A DNA stretch of 64,000 nt from Octopus sinensis (lineage: Eukaryota): the NCBI RefSeq assembly GCF_006345805.1, contig NC_042997.1, positions 23,684,001 through 23,748,000 of the forward strand, read 5' to 3'. The notes beneath the pieces were generated by a model that saw nothing but the letters and a program-made list of their open reading frames with translations, searched no databases and was not told where the DNA came from. The first letter of the stretch is position 1, and the number at the start of each line of letters is the position of its first letter. The translations under genes were made by a program, and so were the position numbers. Positions 25,880-39,339 of this stretch are shown here, piece by piece.

Positions 25880-26635
25880 CGTATTTAGTGATAAATACTT
25901 TTGGTGTCACTAGACCGTTTTCAATTTACCTTCACATTCACCTAATTTTTCTTACAGCTATATCTGAAAGACGGAGTATGCGGGAAAAAAAAACCCTCAG
26001 ACCATTCAGAAATTTAAAGCCAACATCCGTTAAGAAATGCAGTAATAATCCAAGAACTATTATGAATTGTGATGGAACACTCTATAGAAAGATTCTGCCA
26101 TTGTCAAGAAGAAAATGGTGGCTATTTGAATGACTTAGTCTTTAAAACTAATTAAAAATGTTTCATCTTTATATATAAAAGAGAGCTGTCTCCTACGATT
26201 TAGATTCCTAACTACTCCCACATTTTGCGGTGCAGTTTAACCAAAACCGGGTATCTTACAGTCGTGATTCATATCGAGCCCTTCTGGGTATTAGCGCCCG
26301 TCTACGACGAGTCTACGATTTTAAAAAAAATTACCATCATTTTTTCCCATTTTAATGCATTTTTTCGCTATTATATAAGGGAAGTAACTCTCTAAAAATG
26401 TCTACGATGAGTCAACGATTTAAAAACATTACCATAATTTTTTTCCATTTTTAATGCATTTTTTTTGCTATTTTTTGGCAATAACTCTCTAAAAATGCTT
26501 ATATAGTTATTTCCCTTACAAACCCGAGCAACGCCGGGCGATACTGCTAGTTGTTTATAAAAGAATAAATATGAATATTTAATAAATAAGAGTTATTAAA
26601 TGTTGAAATAATCCAGTGACTTTTGAGCCACCCTA
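25880..26635 (+). mobile_element. Degraded Tc1/mariner transposase C-terminus and 3' TIR, interrupted by a Helitron
   Basis: Frameshifted PSHSP..FFL..YLKD.V..KKPQTIQ..KANIR and VMEHSIERFCHCQEENGGYLNDLVFKT; end CTTTTGAGCCACCCTATA. Confidence 0.7.
26166..26550 (+). mobile_element. Non-autonomous Helitron (same family)
   Basis: A|TC...hairpin...CTAG|T. Confidence 0.9.
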
Positions 26636-27070
26636 TATTAGGGGTGCACTTTTCTGTGGAATACTTATACACTAATAGAATGACTAAAGCAGTGTAATTA
26701 ACCCCGCAACTGGATACTCACCTACGATTAACTAACAGAGATCAATGACTTACTTATTAGATAAGAATATATCGATCTCTACACGATTTATCTCTTTGAT
26801 CAGTTTAAATCTTAACGCACATAGTTATAGGGTTTTATTCCTTTCTGCAGCATCTTGAGATATATGTCTTCTTTTGCAGTCATCTTTCTCCTTTCGAGTC
26901 TCAGATACTTTAACGAATTTCAACCTGGAGTTCTTTGATTCTGGATTAAGTGGTGTTAATGATAATGGGATTATATGAAAAGGAGGGAATCGAAGAGAGG
27001 AAGAAAGTGAGAGAGAAAAAGAGTGACAGAAAGAGAATGGATGAGAGAGTGTGAGAGAGACTAATAGATT

Positions 27071-27116
<46 letters not shown>

Positions 27117-27684
27117 GAGGAGATAGCTTCGGCTATGTATTTGCTAAATTACTCAGTAATATAGCATAGGTTTTGACGAGATAAATAGCCCTATGTGGAA
27201 ATATATAAACGTATGCTCTGTTGAGCTGATTAAACAAACTGTGACCTGGTCTGTATTCACCATAAATAGCTACAAGCTACTAGTCTCTCTGGGCAGATGA
27301 AGAATGCACTTGTTCTCCGATGAGTTTCCAGAAAGAACTCTGAAACAAGCTAGAACAATTGCCCTGTTTCTACCTACAGATGAAAAAAAAAGACCAAATA
27401 CATTATTTTACATTTCACAGGCTAAAATTGTATGTATTATTAGAATTATAACTTATATCACTTTTCAAATTATCCGCTCATAACTGTGTGCATTATACAC
27501 ACACTCACGTGCACCGAAGCATGCATACATGGAAAAGATAGGATTTTAAATAATAATAATAACAATAATAATGATAATAATAACAATATCAATAACAATA
27601 ATAACAATAACATTAATAATAACAATAATAACAATATCAATAACAATAATAATAATAATAATAATAATGATAATAATAATAATA

Positions 27685-28029
27685 ACACCCGTTGTCATAG
27701 GTGTCCTGGGAATGATAGCAAAAGGGGTTGATTGCCACCTAGCTCAGATACCAGGAAACTCCAAAATGGCAGAAATTCAAAAGATAGTGCTCAAGGGAAC
27801 TGCCCATATCCTACGCAAAATACTTTCTATGTAATCTCAAGTTTTAAAACAAACATAATTTTCTTATGGTTTTTTAGAACATTCTCTAGAACAACACTCT
27901 GTACAAAACCAAATATATGGCACTCTATGCATAACACCAACATGAACTTCCAACTTGTTGTCTCTTGAGGTCTCTGGGTGAGACTTGGAGACAACTTGTA
28001 CAAATGTAAAGGAAAAGTCAAACATAAAA
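27685..28029 (+). mobile_element. Dong/R4-like 3' end in (TAA)n, family 1
   Basis: TPVVIGVLGMIAKGVDCHLAQIPGNSKMAEIQKIVLKGTAHILRKILSM* plus 3' UTR; (TAA)n on both sides. Confidence 0.85.
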
Positions 28030-28033
28030 TAAT

Positions 28034-28091
<58 letters not shown>

Positions 28092-28125
28092 GAATAATAA
28101 TAATAATAATAACAATAACAATAAC

Positions 28126-28390
28126 AATCTAAAAACAGAAACAATTCCTATCATAGTAGGTGCATTAGGCATGATAAAAAAATATTCAGACAAATACATA
28201 ATAAAAACACTAGGACTTACAAACATATATAACATACAGAAAATTGCACTACTAGGTAGTGCACACATCCTACGCAGAACACTTTCCATACAATAACCAT
28301 CAAAGCATCACAACAAATCACAGCACATACCTAAGGCACACAGAGCTGCGCTCGGTAGTGAAGTGAAAGCACGCTATAAAAATAAAACTA

Positions 28391-28393
<3 letters not shown>
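28126..28393 (+). mobile_element. Dong/R4-like 3' end in (TAA)n, family 2
   Basis: NLKTETIPIIVGALGMIKKYSDKYIIKTLGLTNIYNIQKIALLGSAHILRRTLSIQ* with a distinct 3' UTR. Confidence 0.85.
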
Positions 28394-28464
<71 letters not shown>

Positions 28465-28756
28465 GGGGCTGATTGCTCCCTAGGAAACCTCAAAATGACA
28501 GAAATTCAAAAGATAGTGCTCATGGGAACTGCTCATATCCTATGCAAAATACTTTCTATGTAATCTCAAGTTTTAAAACAAACATAATTTTCTTATGGTT
28601 TCTTAAACATTCTCTAAAACAATACTGTGCACAAAACCAAATATATGGCACCCTAGGCATAACACCAACATGAACTTCCTACTTGTTGTCTCTTGAGGTC
28701 TCTGGGTGAGACTTGGAGTCAACTTGTACAAATGTAAAGCAAAAGTCAAACATAAA
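28465..28756 (+). mobile_element. Dong/R4-like 3' end in (TAA)n, family 1 second copy
   Basis: Homologous to 27722-28029 with an internal deletion. Confidence 0.85.
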
Positions 28757-29765
28757 ATAATAATAATCATAATAATAATAATAATAATAATGATAATAAT
28801 AATAATAATAATAATAATAATCAACCAGCTAACATGCAGATTACAAAAGCGATTGTAAGCGGCACCGTAAAATTATGCACGACTTTTTTCAAGTTTAAAA
28901 TGCGTATTTCTTTTTGTTATGTAAATTTCAACGTTGGAACTTTGTATCTTTGTTAGGCTCCTTCCTTACATGAAGACTTCAAAACGTTAAATATAGAAGA
29001 GAACGCGCGCGCGAACACACACACACACACACACACACACGTACATGGTTTCGGTTATATTATGTAACACTGATGAAGCCTAATAAGATCGAAACTTGCT
29101 CTGAATTGTCACTCTAGTGATAAAGATCAGACGACCTTTGAGTTAGTGTGTGACTCTTCTCGGACCCAGAGTGGACTTTTGAATAACTGGCAAAGTCTAT
29201 CCGGTGAGATTTTATATTTTCCGACCCAAGATCAACCCAAAGTCATGGTAAAGACATTTGCAGAAATTGCAGTAAGATCGAATCCAGGACTTCCTGATTA
29301 CCAAACAATCTTAAAATGCTAAAAAGACAGAGTAGTCACGAATGGAACACATTTCGTTAAAAATCTGCTCAATCAGAAATTCTCTCATCGTTTATCTTGT
29401 ACTTGTTTCAGTACTATTCCTAAAAGTTGGTATTCATTCTGTCGGAGTCTTTAGTTGAATAACTATATTATGGAGACGTAAACAAATATCGGTTGTTGAG
29501 CAGTGGTGGAGACAAACACACACACACACACAAAACAGGCTTCCCTAGAGAGAGTTTCTGTCTACCAAATTCAGCCATAAGGTATTGGTCGGCCCGGGGC
29601 TATAGTAGAAATCACTTGCCTAAGACGCTGCGAAGTGGAATTGAATCCAGACCAATCTGGTTACAAAGAAGCTTCTTAACCACACAGCGATGCCTGCGCG
29701 TATATAGCTACACCCCCCCCCCAAAAAATTACTACAAACAGCAGCAGCAACAACAACAACAGCAG

Positions 29766-29960
29766 TGTGGAGGTGCAATGGCCCAGTGGTTGGGGCAGCG
29801 GACTCGCGGTCGTAAGAACGCGGTTTCGATTCCCTGACCGGGCATTGTGAGTGTTTATTGAGCAAAAGCACCTAAGCTCCACGAAGCTCCGGTGGTGGGG
29901 GTGAACCCTGCTGTACTCTTTCACCACAACTTTCTCTCACTCTTTCTTCCTACTTCTGCC
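29766..29960 (+). mobile_element. SINE family C, 5' part
   Basis: GGAGGTGCAATGGCCCAGTGGTTGGGGCAGCGG head. Confidence 0.8.
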
Positions 29961-31333
29961 ACAAAGCAGAGGAACCATGGTGTAACCCATTATGGTGTGG
30001 TAAACCTTCAGACCCTAGTCTAGATTGCGAATTCTCTGTACCCCAGGATGGTTCAGCTCTCTACCCGTTAAAACTCACCGTTTACGGAATGAGGATAACA
30101 ACGTAGCTTTCGCGCCCGTTCAACCGCCAGTGTGGCGGGTGGATCTTCAACTTGCCACACGCACTCTTAGTAGCTTAGAGAAGGCTCGAATTAGAGATTA
30201 TTCTTTGTGGCTAATGGCGTGAGTCCTGATTGGAAGAAGAATAAGAATAAGAAGAAAGAAGAAGAAGAAGAAGAAGAAGAAGAAGAAGAAGAAGAAGAAG
30301 AAGAAGAAGAAGAAGAAGAAAAAGAAAAAGAAGGAGAAGAAGACAGCAGCAGCAACATCATCATCAGCAGCAACAAAGACAACAGTCTTAGCTCAGCCCC
30401 TATAATTTTAAAGAATGTTTTCGTTTCGTGAACTTTATGTTTTTGTTGTAATGTAAAGACAATGTGCAATCATTTCTGACTCTGCTGTTGCACCTTTGCA
30501 CCTGGATGTTTCTTTAATTAACTTCTGAAAGAGGATTGGGTGTGAAACAGTAACTGTAATTAAAGATTTAAGATTACAGCCATCTTTCTCCTTTCGAGAC
30601 TCAGGTACTTTAACGAATTTCGATCTGGAGTTCTTTGATTCTGGATTAAGTGGTATTAATGATAATGGGATTAACGGTCGGATTATATGAAAAGGAGGAT
30701 ATCTAAGAGAGAGAGTGAGAGAAAGAGAGTGAATGTGTGAAAGAGAGTGAAAGATAGTGAGAAAGAGAAGAAAGAAAAAGAGAGCTAGATAAATAGAGAG
30801 AGAGAGGGGGGGAGAAAGGGTAAAAGAGCGGAATGAAGGATGAAAGAAAAGGAAGTAGAAAAAATTACGAGAGAGAAAGACTATGATAGCAAAAGATAAT
30901 GAGAGAGTATAAAAGAGAGAAAAGAAGAAAGAAAAAAAGAGAAGGGGAGTAAGTGAAATGGTAAAAGAAATAACGAGAAAGAGAGAGAGAGAGAGAAATA
31001 GAGATAGAGAGAGGGGGATAGAAAACGTAGAAAGAGCGAGTAGATAAGAAAATGAAAGAAAGAGAAAAATATTTGAAGTGGTTATAAGACACTGAGAGAG
31101 CAAAAGGAAACAAGAAATGGAAATAATAATAAAATCATTAATATATATATATATATATATAAGAAAATGATATAGCGAGAGAGAAACAGGAGCGAATGAG
31201 AGAATGAGAGAATAATATGGTGTGAGAAATTACAAGGATGAAGAAATGTGATAGAGAATAATAGAGGAGAGAGGGAAAGCATAGGAGAGGAAATATAAAA
31301 CAGAGAGAGGGAGAGAGAAAGGGGTGAGAGATA

Positions 31334-31385
<52 letters not shown>

Positions 31386-31544
31386 CAGAGGAAGAAATGT
31401 TAAAGAATAAGAGGAAGAAAGGAAGGAAAAAGAAAGAAAAGAAAAGAGAAAGATGCCAATATGATGTTAAGGAATGGGTGATCAGTTAAAAAGAGAAGGT
31501 AGAACACTGACATACGAAGATGAAAGAGGATATTCATATATTCT

Positions 31545-31779
31545 TTTATTCTTTTACTTGTTTCAGTCATTTGACTGCGACCATACTGGAGCACCGCCTT
31601 TTAGTCGAACGAATCGACCCCCAGGGCTTATTCTTTGTAAGCATAGAACTTATTCTATCGGTTCTCTTTTGCCAAACCACTAAGTTACGGGAACGCAAAC
31701 ACACTAACATCGGATGTCAAGCGATGGTGGGGAGACAAACACAGACACACAAATACACACACACACTCACACACACACT

Positions 31780-31819
<40 letters not shown>

Positions 31820-32045
31820 GGGTGGGCTTTCAGTTTCCGTTTACCAAATCCACCCACAAGGCTTTGGTCGGTCCAAGGGGGTAAGTCAATTACATCGACC
31901 CTAGTGCTCAACTGGTATTTATTTTATCGACCTCGAAAGGATGGAAGGCAAAGTCAGTCTCGGTGGAATTTGAACTCAGAACATAAAAACGGACGAAGTG
32001 CTGCAAAGCATTTTACCCGGTGTGCTAACGATTCTGCCGGCTCGA
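31545..32045 (-). mobile_element. SINE family B tail adjoining a family A fragment
   Basis: Matches family B tail, then family A core. Confidence 0.7.
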
Positions 32046-33078
32046 CACCAGAAAAAGAAAAACGAAAACAAATAATGATTTTTCTTTTGCATAGCTTACG
32101 TCGTTGGTGTTTAGACCCAGGTAGGTGTGGGTCAGCTCCATTTGGTCAAAAGCTCTAACAGAACATTCTCATGACTGTAGGATTGCATTTGAAGGAGATC
32201 CGGTTGCTAATTGTAGCACGTTAAGTGATTTTGTTAGATATTTCTTCATACGGCACAGAATGTTGTTTACCTCAATGGACGTCAGTGATTGGTTGAAATT
32301 GCAGAAATTGACGAAAAAACAACAAATATCTTACAAACTATAGAATTTTCTCAATAAAACCAAGAGAAAAAGATGTTTTATAAACATATTCTACCAGTAT
32401 ACGAAGTTTAAAAGTGTTTAGTTACGTGGAAAAAACTGCCGTTCAAACCGAAAAGATCTAAATCGGCAGTATTTACCAGCTGTAAATATCATATTTTTCC
32501 CAAATCAATCAATGTAAAATCCTAGGCGTTCACGTGTTTCATTCTTTAACTCACTTTTACGAGCCGGGAGGCTGATTCGCTGTAGAGGTCACGACAGGAT
32601 CGAAACATGTTCAGTGTTTTCCTGTATTGATTGAAAAAAATAATGAAAAATAATATTAATAGTTGACTAATCTAGTTCCTTCTCCCACACTCATTGCTAT
32701 TTCTTATGATCCATACATTAAATATGTTAACGCAACCTTATCTAGTGAAATAACTGCAGACTTGAATCAAAATTCCAAACGTCAAATTATGGTTTCGCTC
32801 AAGAGTTTATCTTTTACAGAAGCGTGTTTGCTTCGTAGAGGAAATAATCATTAATTTTTTTTTTCAGTCAGAGAAGCTTTGAATTAATTATCAAAGCAAT
32901 CTAAAAATCGATTGGTAATAATAACCAAATCATTCTTATAATGTGTATCTAGTGAAAACATGAACATCGCGATTTTTTTTCTTTCTTTAAACAAACAACG
33001 TTGTTTAATACTAAAATGCGTTAAAAAGCGTTGGGGCCTGTTTACGAAGAAGAAAGGGTTTTCGATTGAATCGACTCC

Positions 33079-33139
<61 letters not shown>

Positions 33140-33279
33140 CACGCATACACACACGCACACATATATAATGCATGTATATGTATGTATCTGTGAGAGGGAA
33201 AGAGAGGAGAAAGAGGGGGAGAGAGAGATAAAAACAATGCCCTACCCAAACAACTCTAACTCTATACATGTATGTATGA

Positions 33280-33315
<36 letters not shown>

Positions 33316-33348
33316 TGTTATTTTGCTATTATCTGTAGTTGTAAAGGC

Positions 33349-33710
33349 GTGGAGGCGCAATGGCCCAGTGGTTAGGGCAGCGGACTCGCGGTCGTAGGAT
33401 CGCGTTGTGAGTGTTTATTGAGCGAAAACACCTAAAGTTCCACGAGGCTCCGGCAGGGGATGGTGGTGATCCCTGCTGTACTCTTTCACCACAACTTTCT
33501 CTCACTCTTACTTCCTGTTTCTGTTGTACCTGTATTTCAAAGGGCCGGCCTTGTCACTCTCTGTGTCACGCTGAATATCCCCGAGAACTACGTTAAGGGT
33601 ACACGTGTCTGTGGAGTGCTCAACCACTTACACGTTAATTTCACGAGCAGGCTGTTCCGTTGATTCAGATCAACCGGAACCCTCGTCGTCGTAACCGACG
33701 GAGTGCTTCC
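33349..33710 (+). mobile_element. SINE family C, near full length
   Basis: A-box head GGAGGCGCAATGGCCCAGTGGTTAGGGCAG; reverse complement of 17797-18158 apart from a short deletion over the B box. Confidence 0.85.
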
Positions 33711-34429
33711 AAAAAGTTGTAAAGGCAGCGAGCTGACGGAATCGTTAGAACATTGGTAAAATGCTTTGCGAGGGTGCGTTACAGCCCTTTGCATACTGTG
33801 TTCAATTCCCACCGAGGTCAATTTTGCCTTTCATCCCTCAAGAGGTGATAAAATATAGTTAACAGTCAAGAACTGGTGTCGATGCAATCGCTTAACCCCG
33901 TCTCCTTTAAATTTGAAGGCCTTGTGCCAAAATTTGAAACAATTATTTGTGGCTAAACTAAGGTGATATCGTGGTAGAATCATTAAGTAGTCGGAAAAAA
34001 TGTTTTGCAGTATTTTTTCCGGCTCTTTACAATCTAAGTTCAAATACCGCCGAGATCAACTATGCCTTCCATTCCTTCGAGGTTGATAAAAGAAGTATAA
34101 TTTAACTGTCATGATCAAGGGCATCTGCTGGCCTTCTGTCTGAACCAGCAAGCAAGGTGACGAGCTAGACGAACAGTTGACTGCTGGGTAAAATGCTTGG
34201 CGCCTATTTCGTCCAACTTTACGTTCTGAGTTTAAGTTCCAGCGAGGTCAACTTTGCTGTTCCAACACTTTATGGTCTGAGTTCAGATCCTGCCGAAATC
34301 AACTTTGTCTTTTACGCTTCTTAAAACAAAGTATTTTATTCCTGGGTTTGATTTAATCAATTAACCCCCTCCTTACGAAAAATTTCTGGTCTTGTGCCTA
34401 TGTTAGAAATAATTATTTCAAATTTTTGC

Positions 34430-34990
34430 CATAAGGGCAGTTTGTGGGAGGTGGTGATGAGTCGATTACATCGATTCCAGTGCTTAACTCGTTCTTATTT
34501 TATCGGACTCTGAAATGATGAAAGGCAAAGTCGACCTCGGCGGAATTTGAACTCAGAACGTAGCGACGGGCGAAATACCGCAAATTATTTCGTCCAGCAT
34601 GCTAACGATTCTTATTTTTACTCTTGGCACAAGGTCCAAAATTTTGGAGAGATCGACTTCAGTACGCAACTGGTACTGAATTTATTGACCCCGAATAGAT
34701 GAAGGCCAAAGTCTTCTGCGGCGGAATTTGAACTCAGGACGTAAAGACAGACGAAATACCTATTTCTTTACTACCCACAAGGGGCTAAACACAGAGAGGA
34801 CAAACAAGGACAGACAAACGGATTAAGTCGATTATATCGACGCCAGTGCGTAACTGGTACTTATTTAAATCGAGCCCGACAGGATGAATGGCAAAGTCGA
34901 CTTCGGTGGAATTTGAACTCAGAACGTAGCAGCGGACTAAATACCGCAAAGCATTTCGCCCGGCGTGCTAACGATGCTGCCATCTAGCTG
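34430..34990 (-). mobile_element. SINE family A cluster including the compound form
   Basis: Repeated GGCAAAGTCGACCTCGGCGGAATTTGAACTCAG modules. Confidence 0.8.
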
Positions 34991-36011
34991 CTTTGCCTAT
35001 GTTAGAAATAATACATTTTATTTTTGGTACAGATGCACCGTTGTTGTTTGTGTATAATGGATCAACACTCGACCTGCTAGACATATTAGCCAAAGATACC
35101 ACAAATCACACACCAAAGTCTTATAAAAGGACTATATTACATTGGGTAATAAAGTCCTAGAGGCAGTATAGTTATTATTCTTGTTTTAGTCATTGGACTG
35201 CGGCCATGCTGGGGCACCACCTTGCACACGCACACACGCAGACACGCGCGCACACACACACGCACACAATCATACGCGCGCACACACACACACGCACAGA
35301 CACGCACACACATGCACATATGCCCACACACATACACGCACCCACACACCACGCACACACACAGACTCACACGCACGCATACATACACATGCACATATGC
35401 ACACACACACATGCACACACACACACATGTGCACACACACATGTGCACACACACACATATGCACACACACACACACATACACACACCCCCCTTATGCGCA
35501 CGCATACGTACACACACACACACACGAGACGGGCTAGCACAGTTTTCGGTTACCAAATTCACTCACAAGTGGTCGGCCCGATGCTTTAGTGGAAAACACT
35601 TAAGTTTCTGCGCAGTGAGACTGAAACCCAAATATAAATGGTTCCAAAGCGAGCTTCTTAACCACACAACCACGCTTGAAAAAAAAAAAAACAGGCAAAA
35701 GAAACATAACAAACAAAGAAGGTCACAGCTGGAACATCAAAAAAAGCGAAATTCAAAAAACGAAAAGAAATGGTAAGCGGACAGACAAGAAAGGATGGTC
35801 ACATCTGGATCCCTTTTCATCATATGTCGGCTCGATCGTGGTTGACATTGAAGTAAACAACTGCAGCGTTTGCTTATAATGATTTATAACACATGGCCGG
35901 ACATTTATAGGGGGCTAGTACAGTCGTGTTCCCTGTTTGATTGGTGTTTATCTTATGGAACCAGGAAAGACGAAATTCGAAGTTAATACTAATAGAATTT
36001 GAACCCGGAAA

Positions 36012-36245
36012 AAGGCGGCGAGCTGGCAGAAACGTCAGCACGTCGGGCGAAATGCTTAGCAGTATTTCGTCTGCTGCAACGTTCTGAGTTCAAATTCCGC
36101 TGAGGTCGACTTTGCCTTTCATCATTTCGGGGTCGATAAATTAAGTACCAGTTACGTACTGGGGGTCAATGTAATCGACTAATTCCTTTGCCTGTCCTTG
36201 TTTGTCCTCTCTATGTTTAGCCCCTTGTGGGCAATAAAGAAATAA
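36012..36245 (+). mobile_element. SINE family A
   Basis: GGCGGCGAGCTGGCAGAAACG head through AAAGAAATAAG tail. Confidence 0.85.
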
Positions 36246-37142
36246 GAATTTGAACCCGGTATGTAGGGAAACGTAACTGAATGTCGTAAGTCGCAGGCAT
36301 GCGCAAAGGTTGTCTTGCCTTGCGTATGGTTCTGAGTTCTATTTTGCTATGCAGTGTTTTGGTCTATATCTTCTGCTATAGCCTTAAGTTTGCCAATGTT
36401 TTGTGAATGGATATTAGCTGAAGCAAATGTACAAAAGCCAGTTATGTGTGCGTGCGCGCGTGTGTAGGTGCGTGTGTGTATGTATGCATTGGCACATATG
36501 TATATTATTTGTGTCAATGAAAGACACACAGCTACACACGCACACACACACACACACACTTATACACACATGCATGTACACATGTAAGATATATCAAACA
36601 CCATATAATACAAATTATTGATTTATTTAAAACTGTCTCCAATTCTTGATGATGTCATAATTATCAAATGGCTATTAAAACCAGGACTATATGAAAAGGG
36701 GAGATAATCTCAATACTCAAGAATTTCTCTAAAGTTGAAACACCATTACGGAAAAGAGGAAGCTTGTGTTTCTAGATCAAAATACATCAATAGCACGACA
36801 ATTGTCCTGTCTTATCTCCAGTAGTCAAGAGACTTAGACCTATGCAAAAAAGTCTTTACGTTCCGAGTTCAAATTCCGCCGAGGTCGACTTTGCCTTTCA
36901 TCATTTCGGGGTCGATAAATTAAGTACCAGTTACGCACTGGTGTCGATGTATTCGACTTTATCCCTTTGTCTGTCCTTGTTTGTCCCCTCTATGTTTCGC
37001 CCCTTGTGGGCAATAAAAAATAAGACTTATGCAAAAAGAGTAGAACATATTTATGGCATAAGTTATATGCACAATTTAAGCAAGAGAAATAATTTAGAGT
37101 GGTTAGTGACATGTATTTGGACTATACAGACAAGTAAAAACT

Positions 37143-37465
37143 GACCCTCCGTCGCTTACGACGACAAGGGTTCCAGTTGATCCTATCAATGGAACAGCTT
37201 GCTCGGGAGATTAACGTGTAAGTGGCTGAGCACTCTATAGACACTTGTACCCCTTCACATACTTCTCAGGGAGATTCAGCGTGACACAAATGTGACAAGG
37301 CTGGCCCCTTGAAATACAGGTACTACTCATTTTTGCCAGCTCAGTGGACTGGAGAAACGTGAAATATAGTGTTTTGCTCAAAGACACAACGCGTCGCCGG
37401 GAATCGAACTCGTGACCCAACGATCGCGAGCCGAATCCCCTAACCATTAAGCCACGCGCCTTATT
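37143..37465 (-). mobile_element. tRNA-derived SINE with family C-like tail
   Basis: Minus strand GGCGCGTGGCTTAATGGTTAGGG...GAGTTCGATTCC. Confidence 0.75.
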
Positions 37466-37626
37466 TTTAGACTACAACAGGTATCTCAAATACCGTACTG
37501 CATGATTTGTCTATATTTCCCATCCGTTAAGTTTTCGTCTAGTTTCCTGTTTGCTCTGCTTTCGTCTAGCATTTTCTCCTTATTTCCTTAATCTGTTAAC
37601 CCTTGATATATATATATATATGTATA

Positions 37627-38019
37627 CTAGCAGTATCGCCCGGCGTTGCTCGGGTTTGTAAGGGAAATAACTATATAAGCATTTTTAGAGAGTTATAGCA
37701 AAAAAATAGCAAAAAAATGCATTAAGAATGGAAAAAAAATTATAGTAAATTTTTTTTAAATCGTTGACTCATCGTAGACATTTTTAGAGAGTTACTTCCC
37801 TTATATAATAGCAAAAAAATACATTAAAATGGAAAAAAGTGATGGTAATTTTTTTTAAAATCGTAGACTCATCGTAGACGCGCGCTAATACCCAGAAGGG
37901 CTCGATATGAATCACGACTATAAGATACCCGGTTTTGGTTAAACTGCACCGCAAAATGTGGGAGTAGTTAGGAATCTAAATCGTAGGAGACAGACACACA
38001 ACTTCTCTTTTATATATAA

Positions 38020-38022
<3 letters not shown>
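37627..38022 (-). mobile_element. Non-autonomous Helitron (same family) in (TA)n
   Basis: Reverse complement A|TC...CTAG|T with subterminal hairpin. Confidence 0.9.
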
Positions 38023-38064
<42 letters not shown>

Positions 38065-38222
38065 GGCTCGATCGTGGCTGACATTGGAGTAAACAACTGG
38101 AGCAATGTGAAATAAAGTATCTTGCTCAAGAACGCAACACGCAGTCCGGTCCCGGAATCGAACCCACAACTTCACGATCGTAAGCTCGACGCTCTCTCTC
38201 TGTCTCTCTGCCTCTCGCTGTC

Positions 38223-38301
<79 letters not shown>

Positions 38302-38535
38302 TGGAAGCTTTGATGATTGTCTTCTCTTGCCTGATGCAACACCTTATCGTCATATACCCTACAGAAAGGAAAAAAAAATGATTTTAAAGTTAGTCTGTAT
38401 TGTTCAAGTTTGTGTGCTGTGCTTATTAATAGATGTTGATATGATGTAACATAAATGTAATACAACTGTAGTGCTTATTAAAAACAAAACACAGGAGATA
38501 AAAAGCAAGCAAAAAAACCCCACCGTTAACGTTTA

Positions 38536-38729
38536 CAGTAATCCCACGCCATATCGCGGTTCATCTATCGCGGTTTGTTATTCAAGCTTACGTCGATTCC
38601 TCTGTGATGTTTTGCATTTACAATAAAATAAATATATGCAGATTATAAAAATGATAAAACCAAATATACAGTACAGTCCTGTTTCTACTTCGCGGATCTT
38701 CACTCATCGCGATAGTCGAGGGATTACTG
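38536..38729. mobile_element. pogo/Tigger-type MITE
   Basis: TA|CAGTAATCCCACG...CGAGGGATTACTG|TA. Confidence 0.8.
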
Positions 38730-38818
38730 TATAGTTATTTATTGGACACCAAAGGAGCGAAAGACAAAATGTACCCTCGCAAGATGTGAGTTCTTTCACT
38801 GCTTTGATAAAATGGATA

Positions 38819-39339
38819 CCGTAAATCTTTGAGTATAGTCCGCTCTTGAGTATAATACACAGGGGATTTTTAGGGGGCTGCACTTCTGAAAAACCTAAAC
38901 CTTATGTATAATACGCACCCCTTCTCTAACTTGAATCGCGCGTAATTATGCCAGCAACACCTAGTCGAACAAACACTTCCACACATGCGTAATACAATAA
39001 TGGTGATGTTCTTAACTGTTATATGGGAATGTAAATATGCTTGCAAATTGTTTTTGTTACATGTTATTCTGTGTTCTGGATACTTTTATTTTAATAAATG
39101 TTGCTTACTGCAAGTTATGGATGATTCTTTTATGATTTCATTGCTCTCAGGCTTAGCTTAAGGTATTTTCGCGCCCGACATCACAAAATGCGTCTGAATA
39201 AACATTGCCGGACAGCAAATAGAGACTCGGACATTGCTTAAAAAATATTTTTCATTTTTAACCTCGTATATAGTACGCACTAGGGATTTTGACCATTAAA
39301 TTTTGGGAAGAAATGCGGATTATACTCGAGGATTTACGG
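38819..39339. mobile_element. Tc2/pogo-type MITE (copy at 62979-63491)
   Basis: TA|CCGTAAATC..GAGTATA...TATACTCGAGGATTTACGG|TA. Confidence 0.85.

Noticed and set aside
29070-29115. CTGATGAAGCC...ATCGAAAC hammerhead-like motif
   Set aside because: Core halves are in canonical order, but stems I-III do not pair convincingly; at most a decayed Penelope-type motif.
32580-32620. CTGTAGA-GGTC/GATC-GAAACATGTT hammerhead-like motif
   Set aside because: Core A6 is mutated and stem I does not form.
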